A stretch of DNA of 64,000 nt from Chrysomallon squamiferum. Taxonomy: Eukaryota > Animalia > Mollusca. The notes beneath the pieces were generated by a model. The model did not search any database. It was not told the DNA's origin and saw nothing but the letters and a program-made list of their open reading frames with translations. The DNA lies in NCBI GenBank assembly GCA_012295275.1, contig CM022665.1, forward strand, positions 8,060,001 through 8,124,000, read 5' to 3'. Positions 1 through 12,252 of this stretch are shown here, in pieces. Position numbers and translations under genes: made by a program. Every line of letters begins with the position of its first letter. Position 1 is the stretch's first letter.

Positions 1-684
1 CAGAAGATTCTACTTTAACAAAAGTCTCACCGCATACATGTATTTTTCTTACTTTCTTTCTTTCTTTTTTTTTTTTTTCTTTTTTGTTTTTATGTTTTTT
101 GTTTTTGTTCCCTTTCGTGGCCGACGAAAAATATTTATGGTATAAATGTAACTTTTTAGTTCATAAATAAATAATAAAACTTAAACAGATAATCAATATA
201 TTTTGTTGTTTTATACAATTGTCCTCATTTGGATGATTACGTCACAAATGTCAGTGCTCCCATGTGACGTAATACCCAAGGAAGGTGATAAGATAACAAT
301 GATGTTAGGGCGTAATAGCTGATCAGTGATATAATACAGCATTGGCGGTACATAATGATATGTAGCTTTTCATAATGATAAAACGATTCTTAAAATACAG
401 AACACAGTCCTGACAAAATATCACAACAGAAAATGAAACGGTATCTTCCAGAACTTCGTACATATTTAGTTTAAGAAAATGAATATAGGATTTTGATACA
501 GAATTTATACACATATTAAATTTAAAAACAGTTCAGAAGGGGATCGAAATTTGAAACTGAGTAATTTTTAAAATGGCCAGGTAAACGTATGTACACTCAA
601 ACAATCACTAACTTATAAGGCTAGCTTATTAAAAACTTAAAATATTTACTATAAAACATTTCTTGTTAATGTATATCTTAAAAC

Positions 685-764
685 TATATAAAAGCAGAAA
701 TATCAGATAGATAAACGTGAGAAGATTATACAGGAAAACACCTGAGTGTTCATATTTACAACAG
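685..764 (+). promoter_or_regulatory. Putative TATA box and non-coding first exon of DNase I gene A
   Basis: TATATAAAA at 685-693, AGATAA (GATA) at 709-714, donor CAG|GTATGT after 764. The 730-783 sequence resembles 12861-12911 upstream of paralog B, which has the same CAG|GTATGT donor. Confidence 0.55.
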
Positions 765-890
765 GTATGTATATGCTTAGCTGCCCATAATTAGTTTGAT
801 CTTTTTGTTTGTTTTTCTGCTGACAGAAATGATATACTTAATACCAAATTAATAGCAGAAAGCAAAATGAAAGCAATATTTTTATCTTAT

Positions 891-915
<25 letters not shown>

Positions 916-975
<60 letters not shown>
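916..975. repeat. (CT)n microsatellite
   Basis: Direct read of a pure CT run of about 30 units. Confidence 0.95.
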
Positions 976-978
<3 letters not shown>

Positions 979-1026
979 AAACACTCGTGACAGTTAAAAT
1001 ATAAGTGAATTTTACTTTTGTTAGTC

Positions 1027-2253
1027 ATGGAGCTCACGTGGTTAACTTGCGAATGCCTGCTGCTCACTGTTGTATTAACCAGCGCCTTCAAAATCGGATC
1101 ATTCGACATTTATAAGCTAAATGAACAAACTCTAAAACATGCGGGCCGCTTGGAAATACTTGTCAAGGTACACAATGTATTTGCATAAATATCTCTGTAT
1201 AATATATACAAACAAACAACAACAACATTAAAACAAAAACAAAACAAAAAACATCAAACAAAACAACAACAATTTATTTTTTTAATACCAGTAAGTCTGC
1301 ATTATTTTATTTGAAATACACTTTTCATGTTTATACATTCACTGAGTTATTGATTTATTTTATTTTTTATTTATTATAATCTTCGACATTATTATTATAA
1401 CTGTTGTTGCTAATGATGAAATAATGGAATAAACATGCATCTGGAATGCCTTTTTGAAAACAAAACGAGAAAATTGTATCATTTATGGTGACAAATAGGT
1501 GTCCATGTCTGTTTGCCATATTTTCTGGAAGGCATTTATTACAGTTTTACAGATTTAATTTCTCACATTTTGTTACAAAATAAAAATGATTTTTCTTGTT
1601 TTTAAATTCTCTTTCTTCTTTTTTTTTACTTTTATAATTGTTTACTTTTGTATTCATTTTAGTATACACACATTACATACATAAATACATATTTATAAAC
1701 TGTAAACGCCAAATACGAACTTTACGTTAGATCCATTTACAAATAAAACTCGAATAATTTTGATATCCAAAAAACAAAACAAGAATATATATTTTCCTTT
1801 TTGTTCTTTAAATTAAATCTGAAACTCACACACTACGTTTATTTATTTATTTAATTTTATTTAATTTAATTTTATTTTACATTTTTATCTTGAGAATTAC
1901 AGATGTGACGTGTTACATTTGTGGTATGAAGGAGAGAAAAAAATATATTAGGGTGGTGGTGGTGCGAGAGTGCCGAAGTCCGTTCATGGATGTGTAATCA
2001 AAATAAAAATAGTCCGACGATATGAACCGTATGAAGTCTTCTGCGGCTCCTATGTCGTAATGTGCAGTAAATATGTGCTGTAACGTAACCAATGTCTTTA
2101 ATTTTACAGCGGATCCGTTGTGACAGACACTAACGTCATTATCTCACTTGCCAATTACTTCCATGAATGCAGGAAAATAGATTTCAGGGTGGGACACCCT
2201 TAGCAACTGCGTCGATTACGCACCCCCATATACATTTCTGTTTACGGGCTTGA

Positions 2254-2302
<49 letters not shown>

Positions 2303-4582
2303 CAAGAAAATGAAAACTATAATACACGATTTAAAGTTTGGTGAAAATAGTATTTTTCCCTTCTGGTCTAAGGGGAATAACTCCAAAAATCATTTCTGTT
2401 TTCGAGGGGAATGTTTACATACATTTGAATTTAAATACGTGATCTAAAATTGTCAAAGAATAGCATTAATTATTAAATTTAATACTTTATTATTAAATCA
2501 GTAGCTAGTATCTAAATTAGCTTTGTTACAATAAATATAGGCTATTTAATTTTTATTATTATTGATAAAAAGTTATATTAAAATGTATAAAGAAATAATT
2601 CATTACTAATTAAACCATTTTCCCTACAGTCTGAGAGATATAGCACTGAAATTGGACTGAGTTTTCGTAGTACCGTGTTTGAAAGTTCAGATTTAAATTC
2701 AGATATGATCACCGTAAGGCATTTTCAAATTAGTTTTTTGTTTCATTAAAACAGAATTTACCAAGCGCCTTTTATTTTTCACGATTTAAGTAAAATGGAG
2801 TTATTCCCCTTATACCATAAATTTGTTTTTTACTCCATAAAAATATATATACAATATATATATAAATAATAATAATAATAATACGTCTTCTGAAATGTGT
2901 CGAAACAAAGGCAGTTTTATTATTTTTTAAATGTGTAACTTTATCTCGAGATGAAATGTGTCATACGTATAGTCCGTCCCGACCAGTGGTATTGGAAATT
3001 GGAGTTATTCCCCTTACATCATAAGCAATGAAATGTACGAATTTATTTTATTTTATTTTATTTTATTTTATTTACATCCTTTGTTTTGAACAATAATACA
3101 GTTAATAATATACATAGCAGTACGCATATTATCATGTCTTTCTCAAGAAGTTTTGTAATGATCAGATGTTCCCTGCAGACTCTAAAATGAGTAATGTTCA
3201 TGGTGTTTTGTTGGTTTACAGATTTTAAGCCGATATGACATTGTGGCCGTTGAAGAAATTTTGGAAATTAAAGCAATACGAGACATCCGACATGCTCTTA
3301 ATAGGTGCATTCTTTTGAGACTTTATTGTTGATAAAACATTTTAAACGTTATTACATTAAAATAGCTAATGATGAATACGTCCTGATTTTACGAATATTG
3401 AAAATCATTTTCAGCAAACGTTCGTTGAAAAAATATTTTAATGTCAAAAGGATATAAAATTGTGATTTCTAGTAAAAGTTAATGTTAGATGACGTATTTG
3501 TTTGAATATGATCGTTCTAATTTATAACAGTTAATTCCATTGTTTTAGTAATGGTGGTGGGCCTTACTCTTTAGAAGTGAGTGGCGCCCTAGGCAACAGT
3601 CCTACGAAAGCTAACCAGTATTTAGCATTTTTATATAGGTAAGTTAATACATACAGTTATCACTGTTAATTTTATATATATATTCTGTTTTTAATTTTTG
3701 TATTATTTATTTATTTATGATTATTATTGTTGTTGTTGTTCTTATTATTGTTCTTCTTCTTATTATTATGTTTAGGTCGTAAAGTTGTATTATTAAATAC
3801 AAATAAAATCATTATATATATATTACTATGTTATAATGATAATGAAGATAAGCAGTTTATGCAGTATTTATTGAATGTTTTAAAAAAGTAAAATGTTGAT
3901 TTTATTTAGAAATATTAGAAGTTATTGACGATAAGTAGGAGGTGAAAACCTTTCATTAAAAAATTACACAGGAAAAAAAAAGATGAATATGATGAGACAA
4001 CTGTGAAGATGAAATGAAACGTAAAAATATCAATTGGAAAGTGAAAGCGAAGATGAAATCAGTTTCGGAGAATAGTTACAATGTTTATTTATAATTCAAC
4101 GAATTAATTTAGTATTGTCCGTTTTATGTTAGTTTTGTGATTTTTAATTCCTCTTTTATCCGGTGTCACACATTATGGTATCAAAAACTATGGTAGTGTG
4201 TTAGAAAAGGTGCACACAAAATGTTACTTGCTAATATCTGGTAGACTTCCTCTGTCGTATTAACATTAGTAAAATCAAACTCAATAACTTTCAAGATGTA
4301 AATAAGAATTTGTTAATTTAATTTAATTTTTTTTTTTCTTCTTCTTCTTCAGAAGTGATCGTGTCAGTGCTAGGCAAATCTATCAGTATCCCGATCCAAA
4401 TAACTACTTTGAACATGACCCGTACGCCATTTTGTTTCACACAACACATGCAGGTATAGATTTCACCTTGCTTTTATTAACTGCACATATTTTTCCATTG
4501 GAAATGCCAGAATAAATTTATAATACAATGTCGTCAAATTCGATACATTTTAAAATGTAAATTTCCATATAATTCCATAAAA

Positions 4583-4621
<39 letters not shown>

Positions 4622-5765
4622 TTTTATTATTTCCAGTTTTGTTAAGTATGATAACTGTAATGCAAACAAAATTCATTAAAAGCAGATAACTGTATTTTAT
4701 CTGGTTAATTTTGACATACCTATCAGAAATATATCTCATTAGCAATTTTACTAGTCTTTCTCTTTAACAAAATCTCGTCTTTCATAATTAATTAATTATT
4801 TCAGATATTCACGACTTCGCCATAGTTGCTGTTCACATGAGTTCTGGAAATACGATATCCGAAATAAATCATTTAGTCAGTGTCTACGACTCTTTAAAAT
4901 CTCATTTCCGAAACGAAGTAGGCTCAGTATATGTCCTCGCTTATCTACTTAAACACAAGCACGCACGCAAACACGCACACACACACACACACACTTCTTT
5001 TGACAGTACTGATCCGAAAGATCGATATCGACTACTTTGGAAACTCTTGATTTAAATAAATAAATAAGTTTTAGAAATGACGTTTTTTCCAGTTCATAGT
5101 AGTAGTAGTAGTACATAAATCAGAACAGTTATAACGACTGAAAAATTTCTTAATTTCGGTCCAATTAATTAAGGAAAAAAAATAAAATTTCATCTTCAAA
5201 ACCAAAATCATTTTTGTAATTTTGAATATCGATATTATTTATTGATATTTATGACATTATTATTTTAACCTTCTTAAAAACAATAGATTTATTTTTTTTT
5301 TTTTTTTTTCGACCGGATTAAATCAAGTTTAATATTTCATTTGTTTATCTCTTGCAGAACATTCTTTTTGCTGGCAACTTTAAGGGAGACTGTTTCTATT
5401 TGCCCCATGGGGCCCTTCAACAGAGTCCTCTGTACACAGACCGTCGATTTCATTGGTTAATCATCAGCACGGAAGACACTGCTGAATCAGGGATACTTAA
5501 CTGTGCTTATGATAGGTTGATAGAATTGTAGGGCTCAGCTGATTGGCTTAGAACCAGGGTGGTCTGTTAACGTCACCCACCACATTTATATGACCCATAC
5601 TTGTTTCTTCTTTGAACTGAACTGAACTGAAAACAAATTAATTAGAGCAAGCTGTTGTGAAGCACGCCTGCTACAGTCACACTCTCTTACAACACCCTTC
5701 TTCTCGTGCCCTAGCCCCCGTTTTTCTTTCTTTCTTTAAGTTTCTTTTTATTATTATTATTATTA

Positions 5766-5798
<33 letters not shown>

Positions 5799-6190
5799 TT
5801 TAAGGAGAGGATGGGAATAGATCACTCTTGTTCTTGCCTCTTCAAAAATATATTCAGAACCATAAGTTAATTGAAAAATCGATGTGTAACATGGAAATTA
5901 ATGCCAGTTATCTAACTTCATTAATTAACACTTACACTAGATATGAAATAGTAATAATAATATGAAGATGAAGAAAATAAAGATTTTTACTCTTTTTGTA
6001 AAAGGCAACTGAGCAAAATGATTAGTATTAATTAAATAAAAAAAGAAGAAGAAGAACTACTATGCTTATTATTTCGGCAGATTCGTGGTAGCAGGATCAG
6101 AATTTCTTAACGCTGTGATTCCTTTTGGTGCCAGAGCCTTCCATTTTGATCTGGAATATAATCTTACTTCCTCTCAGGTGAAAATTAACA

Positions 6191-6281
<91 letters not shown>

Positions 6282-6320
6282 GAATTATTATTATTGTTGT
6301 TGCTGTCGTTGTTATTTTTA

Positions 6321-6378
<58 letters not shown>

Positions 6379-6430
6379 TCAGTCTTCGTCGGTCAGCACG
6401 CATTACCCAATTGAATTGGATTTGAAGTGA
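1027..6430 (+). CDS. Deoxyribonuclease I-family protein A, secreted, divergent and probably catalytically impaired (276 aa)
   Basis: Eight GT-AG coding exons: 1027-1167, 3222-3304, 3549-3638, 4353-4453, 4805-4917, 5358-5515, 6081-6177, 6383-6430 (831 nt, open frame). Signal-peptide-like N-terminus, then FKIGSFDI, ILSRYDIVAVEE, AVH, AGNFKGDC, CAYDRFVVAG, VSTHYPIELDLK*. Intron phases are identical to paralog B. AATAAA at about 6462. Confidence 0.9.
2364..2817. mobile_element. Possible MITE or foldback relic bounded by a 22-bp inverted repeat
   Basis: TGGTCTAAGGGGAATAACTCCA (2364-2385) versus TGGAGTTATTCCCCTTATACCA (2796-2817), one mismatch. A third copy of the 17-bp core lies at 3000-3016. Confidence 0.5.
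6193..6378. repeat. Compound microsatellite (CT)n(CA)n...(ATT)n filling most of the last intron of DNase A
   Basis: Direct read; the intron spans 6178-6382. Confidence 0.95.
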
Positions 6431-6649
6431 GCGGTTTGAAGATTTTTAATTTAAAATAGCAAATAAAATAAATTAATAAATAACTTGTTTTCTGATAAAA
6501 ATAAACCGATATTTATCACTTATTTCCTGATACCTTGAATTCTAATAAACCATTAAAAATATATTTTAATGCATAATATACACCCACATAAATGTGTACG
6601 TATATACCTGCATTAACTGTTATTCTTTCATCATCTTCATTATTATTAT

Positions 6650-6780
6650 TAGTAGTAGTAGTAGTGGTAGTGGTAGTGGTAGTAGTAGTATTAGTGTAGT
6701 AGTAGTAGTAGTAGTGGTGGTGGTGGTGGTGGTGGTGGTGTTGGTGGTGATGGTAACAGTAGTGATAGTAATAGCAGTAG
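6650..6780. repeat. (GTA/GTG)n trinucleotide microsatellite
   Basis: Direct read. Confidence 0.9.
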
Positions 6781-7596
6781 TATATAAATAAAGCAAAATC
6801 TAATTTTCTTGTTTTCTTGAAAAGTCCTTGAATTTGTAACTTAATTAAAAGTAAATTAACACTGCGAATGAAAGAAAATATATAACAAAAATGTATATTA
6901 GTAAGTGGGCTGTTGCATGATCTAAGTAATGTTTTTTAAATTTTAAATTTTTTTTATTGAAATTGAAGAAAGATGAGTAAAATATTAATAATTCCTTAGA
7001 GATTTTTGTAATGTTATTGCTTTCAAAACATTTTAGTTATTTCATCGTTTATCTTTCCATTTATTTTTTACCCCTATGGATGTTTTATTATTAGTTTATG
7101 TTTTTAATTGTAATCGTTGTTTTGTGACTTAATTTTTATAAAGCGTTCAAGAAATTAAACACGTATCATTTTTAAAAAAAACAACAACAAAAAAAACAAC
7201 AACCTGGAAAACAGTATCTGATATTGTTTACTATTTTATTACAAATATAACAACAACCAACACAAAACAAGATATACTATTACAAAGAAATATGTATAAA
7301 GAATTAATTAATTACACATATTATTGTGCCGTAGCAGTACAATAAAATTGTGATAAATAATAACAGAATTTGAAAATACTAATAATGAAATTAAAAATTT
7401 AAGAAAAAGAAGACAAAAACGCGAATGCAGTGAAAATAGTTATAAGCCTCTGTACGACGTTTGGTGGAAGTTGGCAATCAAAAACGATTACCTAAAACTG
7501 AAGGGAAGTTGTAGGGAGGAGGAAAACTAGCAATCATTTAGCACGCTGCGTAAATACGTTCTGTCTGTAAAAGTTAATATATGAAAAACATATACA

Positions 7597-8191
7597 CCGT
7601 GGTACCTTGACTTATGCGTTTAATTTGTTCCGTGACTCAGTTTTCTCGTATATCAAATCAATTTTCCCAGCTGAAATTAACTGAAATACTATTAATGCGT
7701 TCCAGCCCTCCTAAAGAGCCCCATTTCTTTTTAATTTTTTTTTAATTTTTTAATTTTTTAATTTTTTTTTTGTAAACTGTTTTTAAATAAGAAGGACGTA
7801 TTTATAAATGATAAATACTGTATAAAAACAAATAAAAGAGAATGTAAAGAAATAAATTGGTTTTGTAAAGTGTATTTATCTTGGAGATTAGACAAATTAT
7901 TTTGTCGGAGTTACGACCTTTCCTATTATCCATGGTCAAATGTAAGAAATTTGGCAAAATACTGCACAAAACGCGAGCACAACACAACAGTGATGTTTCC
8001 GCAGCGAGATAACCATGTGAAGTAAACGAATGAGACGCGGGATGCTGGCCAGATGTTGTGTTGTTTGTTGCGTCAACTAGCGGCGGCGTAGCTGAAACTC
8101 GCTCGTAACTCGGATTTTGTCTCGCAACTCGAAGCAAAATCGACCAAGCGACAACTCGTAACTCGGAAAACTCGTAAGTCAAGGTACACTG
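7597..8191. mobile_element. Non-autonomous Tc1/mariner-superfamily (pogo/Tigger-like) DNA transposon or MITE
   Basis: Left end CCGTGGTACCTTGACTTATG at 7597. The reverse complement of the right end (8191) reads CAGTGTACCTTGACTTACGAG and is followed by TA. CpG-rich interior, no transposase. Confidence 0.75.
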
Positions 8192-8855
8192 TATTTATAA
8201 TATGAAAAATAACTACACAGGGACGGAAATATTCGGTCTAGAGCTGTTTTAATCTAAGCCCATGCGAAACGTTTGATTAATTGCATCCTAACTTAAAAAT
8301 GAGAGACTGTAAAATGGGTTCATGATCCGCGAAAGGCAAATCCAATGTTATTTGATATTTTAAGAAAAAAAGAGTTCAGTTTTGCACTGAGATAGTCAGC
8401 AATGTTTTAAAATGGTACTTTTATGTTTGAAATTGGGTTTTTATTTAATATTCAGGAAAGCATTAATCTTCCAAACAGTTGTATAAAAATAAAATTAAGA
8501 AATAAAACGAAATTTATATCTAAATAATAATAATAATAATAAATAAATGGAAATAATAAAAAGACGAAATAGGTAAATAATAATAATAATCCACACATAC
8601 AGTTTACGAACATTATACAAACAAGCATATACTAAAACGTATATAGAGTAAATTATGTAAAAATGAGCGAAGAGAGGAACTACAGACATCAAATACCACA
8701 GTAATAGTAATAACTATTTTCATATTAAGCTGAATATTACACAGAAATTCAGTTTAAAGAAATATAGTTATTTAACAAACAAAACAAAAAAACAAAAAAA
8801 TGTAAATAACGTTCTGCGAGGCTAGTCATTATTTTCTGTAATTTTAATAACTTTT

Positions 8856-10100
8856 TCAAGTGGGCGTAGTAATCTCAAAAGCGATTCTTTTAAAGTGCAC
8901 ATCAGTATGAACTGTTGTTTCACATTTCTTCTGGGTTTTTTGCTTTCTTATGTACATTTTTCTGAAAACCTTTCTGAAATTGTTTCCAAAAACATAACAC
9001 AACAGACAGTTGACAGAAAAACTCAAACAGAATAGTAGTTCGAATATTTTCTGCAGGATCAAGTCAGTAATAGTTGGGTACGGATTATCAAAATATTGCA
9101 AAACGATCAGTTTAATTCGGATGATATGGCCTGGGGTGTGAAGAATAAAGAAAATCAGGGACAGTGCAAAAAGGAATTCACTGACTTTGTGTTCTGGTGT
9201 TTTGTATCGTCTGTAACCGCTTCTTAATTGACTCTTTCCAAACATTCGTTGCTTTCTTTTGAACGATTTATATGCACTGATCGTTATAGCCGAAACAAGA
9301 AAGGCAACTATGAAAGAAGGCAGTATTAAGGTTACTGTCGTGTCGATGTAAGTCATCACCATGATTATGTCAGCAAAACGTACCAATGACGTGCAGTAAT
9401 ACATGGTTTGAGAAGAGACAACACCTGTTGTCCACAAGGAAAAACTGCAGAAAAGAAGTCCAAAGCAGACGAGACTGAGAATCACAATCAGTGCCATTCT
9501 CCTCGTGCACAAAACGGGGATTCTGGAATGATGTGATATTCGAATAAAATTTTCGAGTGTTATTATAACCACAAGCCATACAGACATGAATCCACACATG
9601 TAACTAAGAAAAACAGTAATCTGGCAAATTCCTTCAAACAGAAGTAAAGACAGCCCAACCTGATAGAGCCATACGACAAACAGAGAGACGAGAAATCCGA
9701 TATCAAAGATATTCTTTGTTGCCAAGTACAAACAACACGACATGTTCCTCGTTGCTGGATGCAGCAGTGTTGCTGTTGTCAGAATATTTCCAATTACTCC
9801 AAACATACAAATCACTGGTACTAGAACAATCTGCATGCGCCGTACTATGATGTATGTAGTTGCTGGCATAGATTCATTTAAACTTGAAGTGAAATTTAAA
9901 AGATGGGACCAGTCACTTGGCATCTGTAATTCTTTATTATTTTCTTCGTTCTGTAGAATAAACTCTGCTGCTTGGGTATAAGTAAATGAAGACTCCATTC
10001 TGCTTCCTTGAACAACTTCAGAGTAATGGACAGTTCTGTTTAAGTCAATAACCAGTTTGTAACATCTTATCTCGCTGGCAGGTAATTGTAGTAAACACAT
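8856..10100 (-). CDS. Class A (rhodopsin-like) orphan peptide-type GPCR, FMRFamide/sex-peptide/TRH receptor-like (414 aa; may start at Met35)
   Basis: Single-exon ORF with seven hydrophobic segments: FGVIGNILT (TM1), YLATKNIFD (TM2), GICQI...SVWLVVIITLENFIRI (TM3), ECL2 Cys, LILPS (TM5), FFILHTPGH (TM6), SVNCLLCYVFGNNFRKVF (TM7/H8). In-frame stop upstream; splice acceptor at 10151-10153 in the 5' UTR. Confidence 0.92.
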   Translation of the reverse strand: MCLLQLPASEIRCYKLVIDLNRTVHYSEVVQGSRMESSFTYTQAAEFILQNEENNKELQMPSDWSHLLNFTSSLNESMPATTYIIVRRMQIVLVPVICMFGVIGNILTTATLLHPATRNMSCCLYLATKNIFDIGFLVSLFVVWLYQVGLSLLLFEGICQITVFLSYMCGFMSVWLVVIITLENFIRISHHSRIPVLCTRRMALIVILSLVCFGLLFCSFSLWTTGVVSSQTMYYCTSLVRFADIIMVMTYIDTTVTLILPSFIVAFLVSAITISAYKSFKRKQRMFGKSQLRSGYRRYKTPEHKVSEFLFALSLIFFILHTPGHIIRIKLIVLQYFDNPYPTITDLILQKIFELLFCLSFSVNCLLCYVFGNNFRKVFRKMYIRKQKTQKKCETTVHTDVHFKRIAFEITTPT

Positions 10101-10793
10101 TCTACGTCAGATGCATTATCACTTCCTAACTGTAGCTATGGCAATTTCATCTGAAAAAAAAAAAATCAGTACGGTTAAAATTCATTACAAATCTTCAAAA
10201 TTTGGATATTTTGGATTTTTTTAAAAATAAGAAATTATGCAAATTTCTTCAGTCCCTTGTATGACAAGGCTTACCAAAATCCTAACCTACATACATATAT
10301 TTGAAAAGAATTACACATTATTACAAATATAATTTTGTAAATAATAGAATTCATAAACACTTTACAGGGCGCATTTGTATGTAAACACATATCAAGTTGA
10401 ACTGTAACAAATGTTATATCACAAAGTCAAGAATAAATAAATATAGTAAAATATTTTATTTAATGATATGTCCAACATTCTGAGCAACAACCGAACCAAA
10501 TTATTAAATGTGAGACGCGTTGTCTGAATTTGCAAACACTTCCAAGAGCTGTAAAACAGTTCATACATTAATACACAAAGAAGAAGTTACATTCCGGAAA
10601 ACATCCTTAGATTGCCTAATATGGATAAGTTGAAGTTTGGGATGCGAATTTGTCTTTGAGCAATGTTAAACTATGTGACAGTTTGTCTATTTCAAATATA
10701 TATGTATGTATATATGTAATAACAACAACATTAATAACAATAGTAATGATAATAATAAAACAGAATCAGAAGAAACAAACCAAGTACAGCATG

Positions 10794-11206
10794 GATAGTG
10801 TCCTCACACTTTGATTCTAAAGGTCACAAAAATTTACAAAGTGTCCTTTACACTGATCAGTGTCGTTAAACAGAGCATGACCATATGGAAAACACCAACG
10901 ACCTTGAACCATGTCATAGGATGAATCACCACCCATGCTATAAACACAAGGAATGGTATGTTTCAAGGTGATTCACTGTGTGCAGTGTGTTCGTGGAGAT
11001 GCCCAATGCTTGTAATAAATGAATGCATCCTACTACATGATAAGGCAGCATCATGCATGCACTGGAACATCAGCCAACATCACAAATCGGCCAGAAACTT
11101 AGACAGAAATTTAAGAAGTGACTGTGTTGTGGGACATACCGACAAAGGGATCATCGCAAATAGATCGCATATCATTATCAAGAACAAGAAGACATATTCA
11201 GTGTAA
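10794..11206 (+). mobile_element. Degenerate fragment of a non-LTR retrotransposon with restriction-like endonuclease (R4/Dong-like)
   Basis: With frameshifts it reads DSV/PHTLILKVTKIYKV...SMTIWKT and NGMFQGDSL (RT motifs), then CPML..ECILLHDKAASCMHWNI and TDKGIIANRSHIIIKNKK (zinc-knuckle/RLE region; consensus RHD..HW and NRPDI). Confidence 0.7.
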
Positions 11207-12252
11207 GGATCGAAATATCAACCTCTTCAGTATTAAATGAAATAAAACCTGAAAGGTCCACACTGATTTCACATTGCAGTAATTTTGTCAAAATGATTCT
11301 TAAATAGGATAAACAAAAATTAAAAAATGCCTTTGTATTTCAATTTATTATCTTTATAATTAGCAATCATTTTTAATACTTACCTTACTTGAATGGTTCT
11401 CACGGTTATGTTTCTTTATTGATTCCCATGGTTACGTTACAATGCTTTGTTTTTAATTTCCTTTTATTCTTTTTAATCATTTCCCGCCAGATTTAAAAAA
11501 AAAAAAAATTAATACAATAATTGTTTTTAAATAATTTTGAATACAAATTGAATACCTGACGAATTATTTCTACTAAATTTTTACATCAGACTGCTTTATG
11601 TGTGGATACATTATGTATTTTTTTTAAACTTGAATCAGTATTAAATAGCGTTATGGCTAATGCGATAACAAAAAATGTCTTAATTTAATTAAATTTTTTA
11701 ACTGTTTATCTTTGACAAATCGTATACATTAGTGATGATACTATCAATATTTAAAATTATTGTTAAGCTGTTCAGTATCAAATCCTGATACTGCCGATAT
11801 GGACAAAATCTGAAGTGAATGTGCAGTGATACAATTATACAGTCTAAATACATTTTCTAAACTTTCAGATGACTGCTTTAATCGATTACTACTGAAACAT
11901 CTTTATTAATTATAAAGTACAGTCAGATAACGGGTACAGAGTAATTCATGTTTCTTGTGTTCTTGAGATAGATTGAAAGCAATATCAGTTTTGCCAATGA
12001 TTAAATTTATTATTTACTTAGGTAAACAATATTTAAACCTCGATGAAAACAGTATATCTTAATATTTAAATATGATTTTGATTTTTTGGGATTATACAAT
12101 TTAAAGTCTATCTTTCGAAATAGCCTAAACGTATTTCCAAGATACATTTTATTTCTTTCTTTATTTCTTTTATAATTTAATTTAATTTCAAAATCTTTTA
12201 AAATTATTATTATTATCTTATTATTATTATTATTATTTTTTTTTTTTAACTA

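Noticed and set aside
882-1109. 75-aa minus-strand ORF with poly(ER)
   Set aside because: Produced by the (CT)n microsatellite and antisense to a DNase A exon.
1027-6430. Calling DNase A a pseudogene
   Set aside because: No frameshift, premature stop or broken splice site, and promoter and polyA signals are present.
6085-6791. ORFs with poly-SL, poly-I, poly-V and poly-ER
   Set aside because: Microsatellite read-through; only 6081-6177 and 6383-6430 are real exons.
7802-8182. 126-aa ORF inside the MITE
   Set aside because: No HTH or DDE transposase motifs; a chance ORF in a GC-richer repeat.
9370-9981. Short ORFs overlapping the GPCR in other frames
   Set aside because: Shadow frames of the GPCR CDS.
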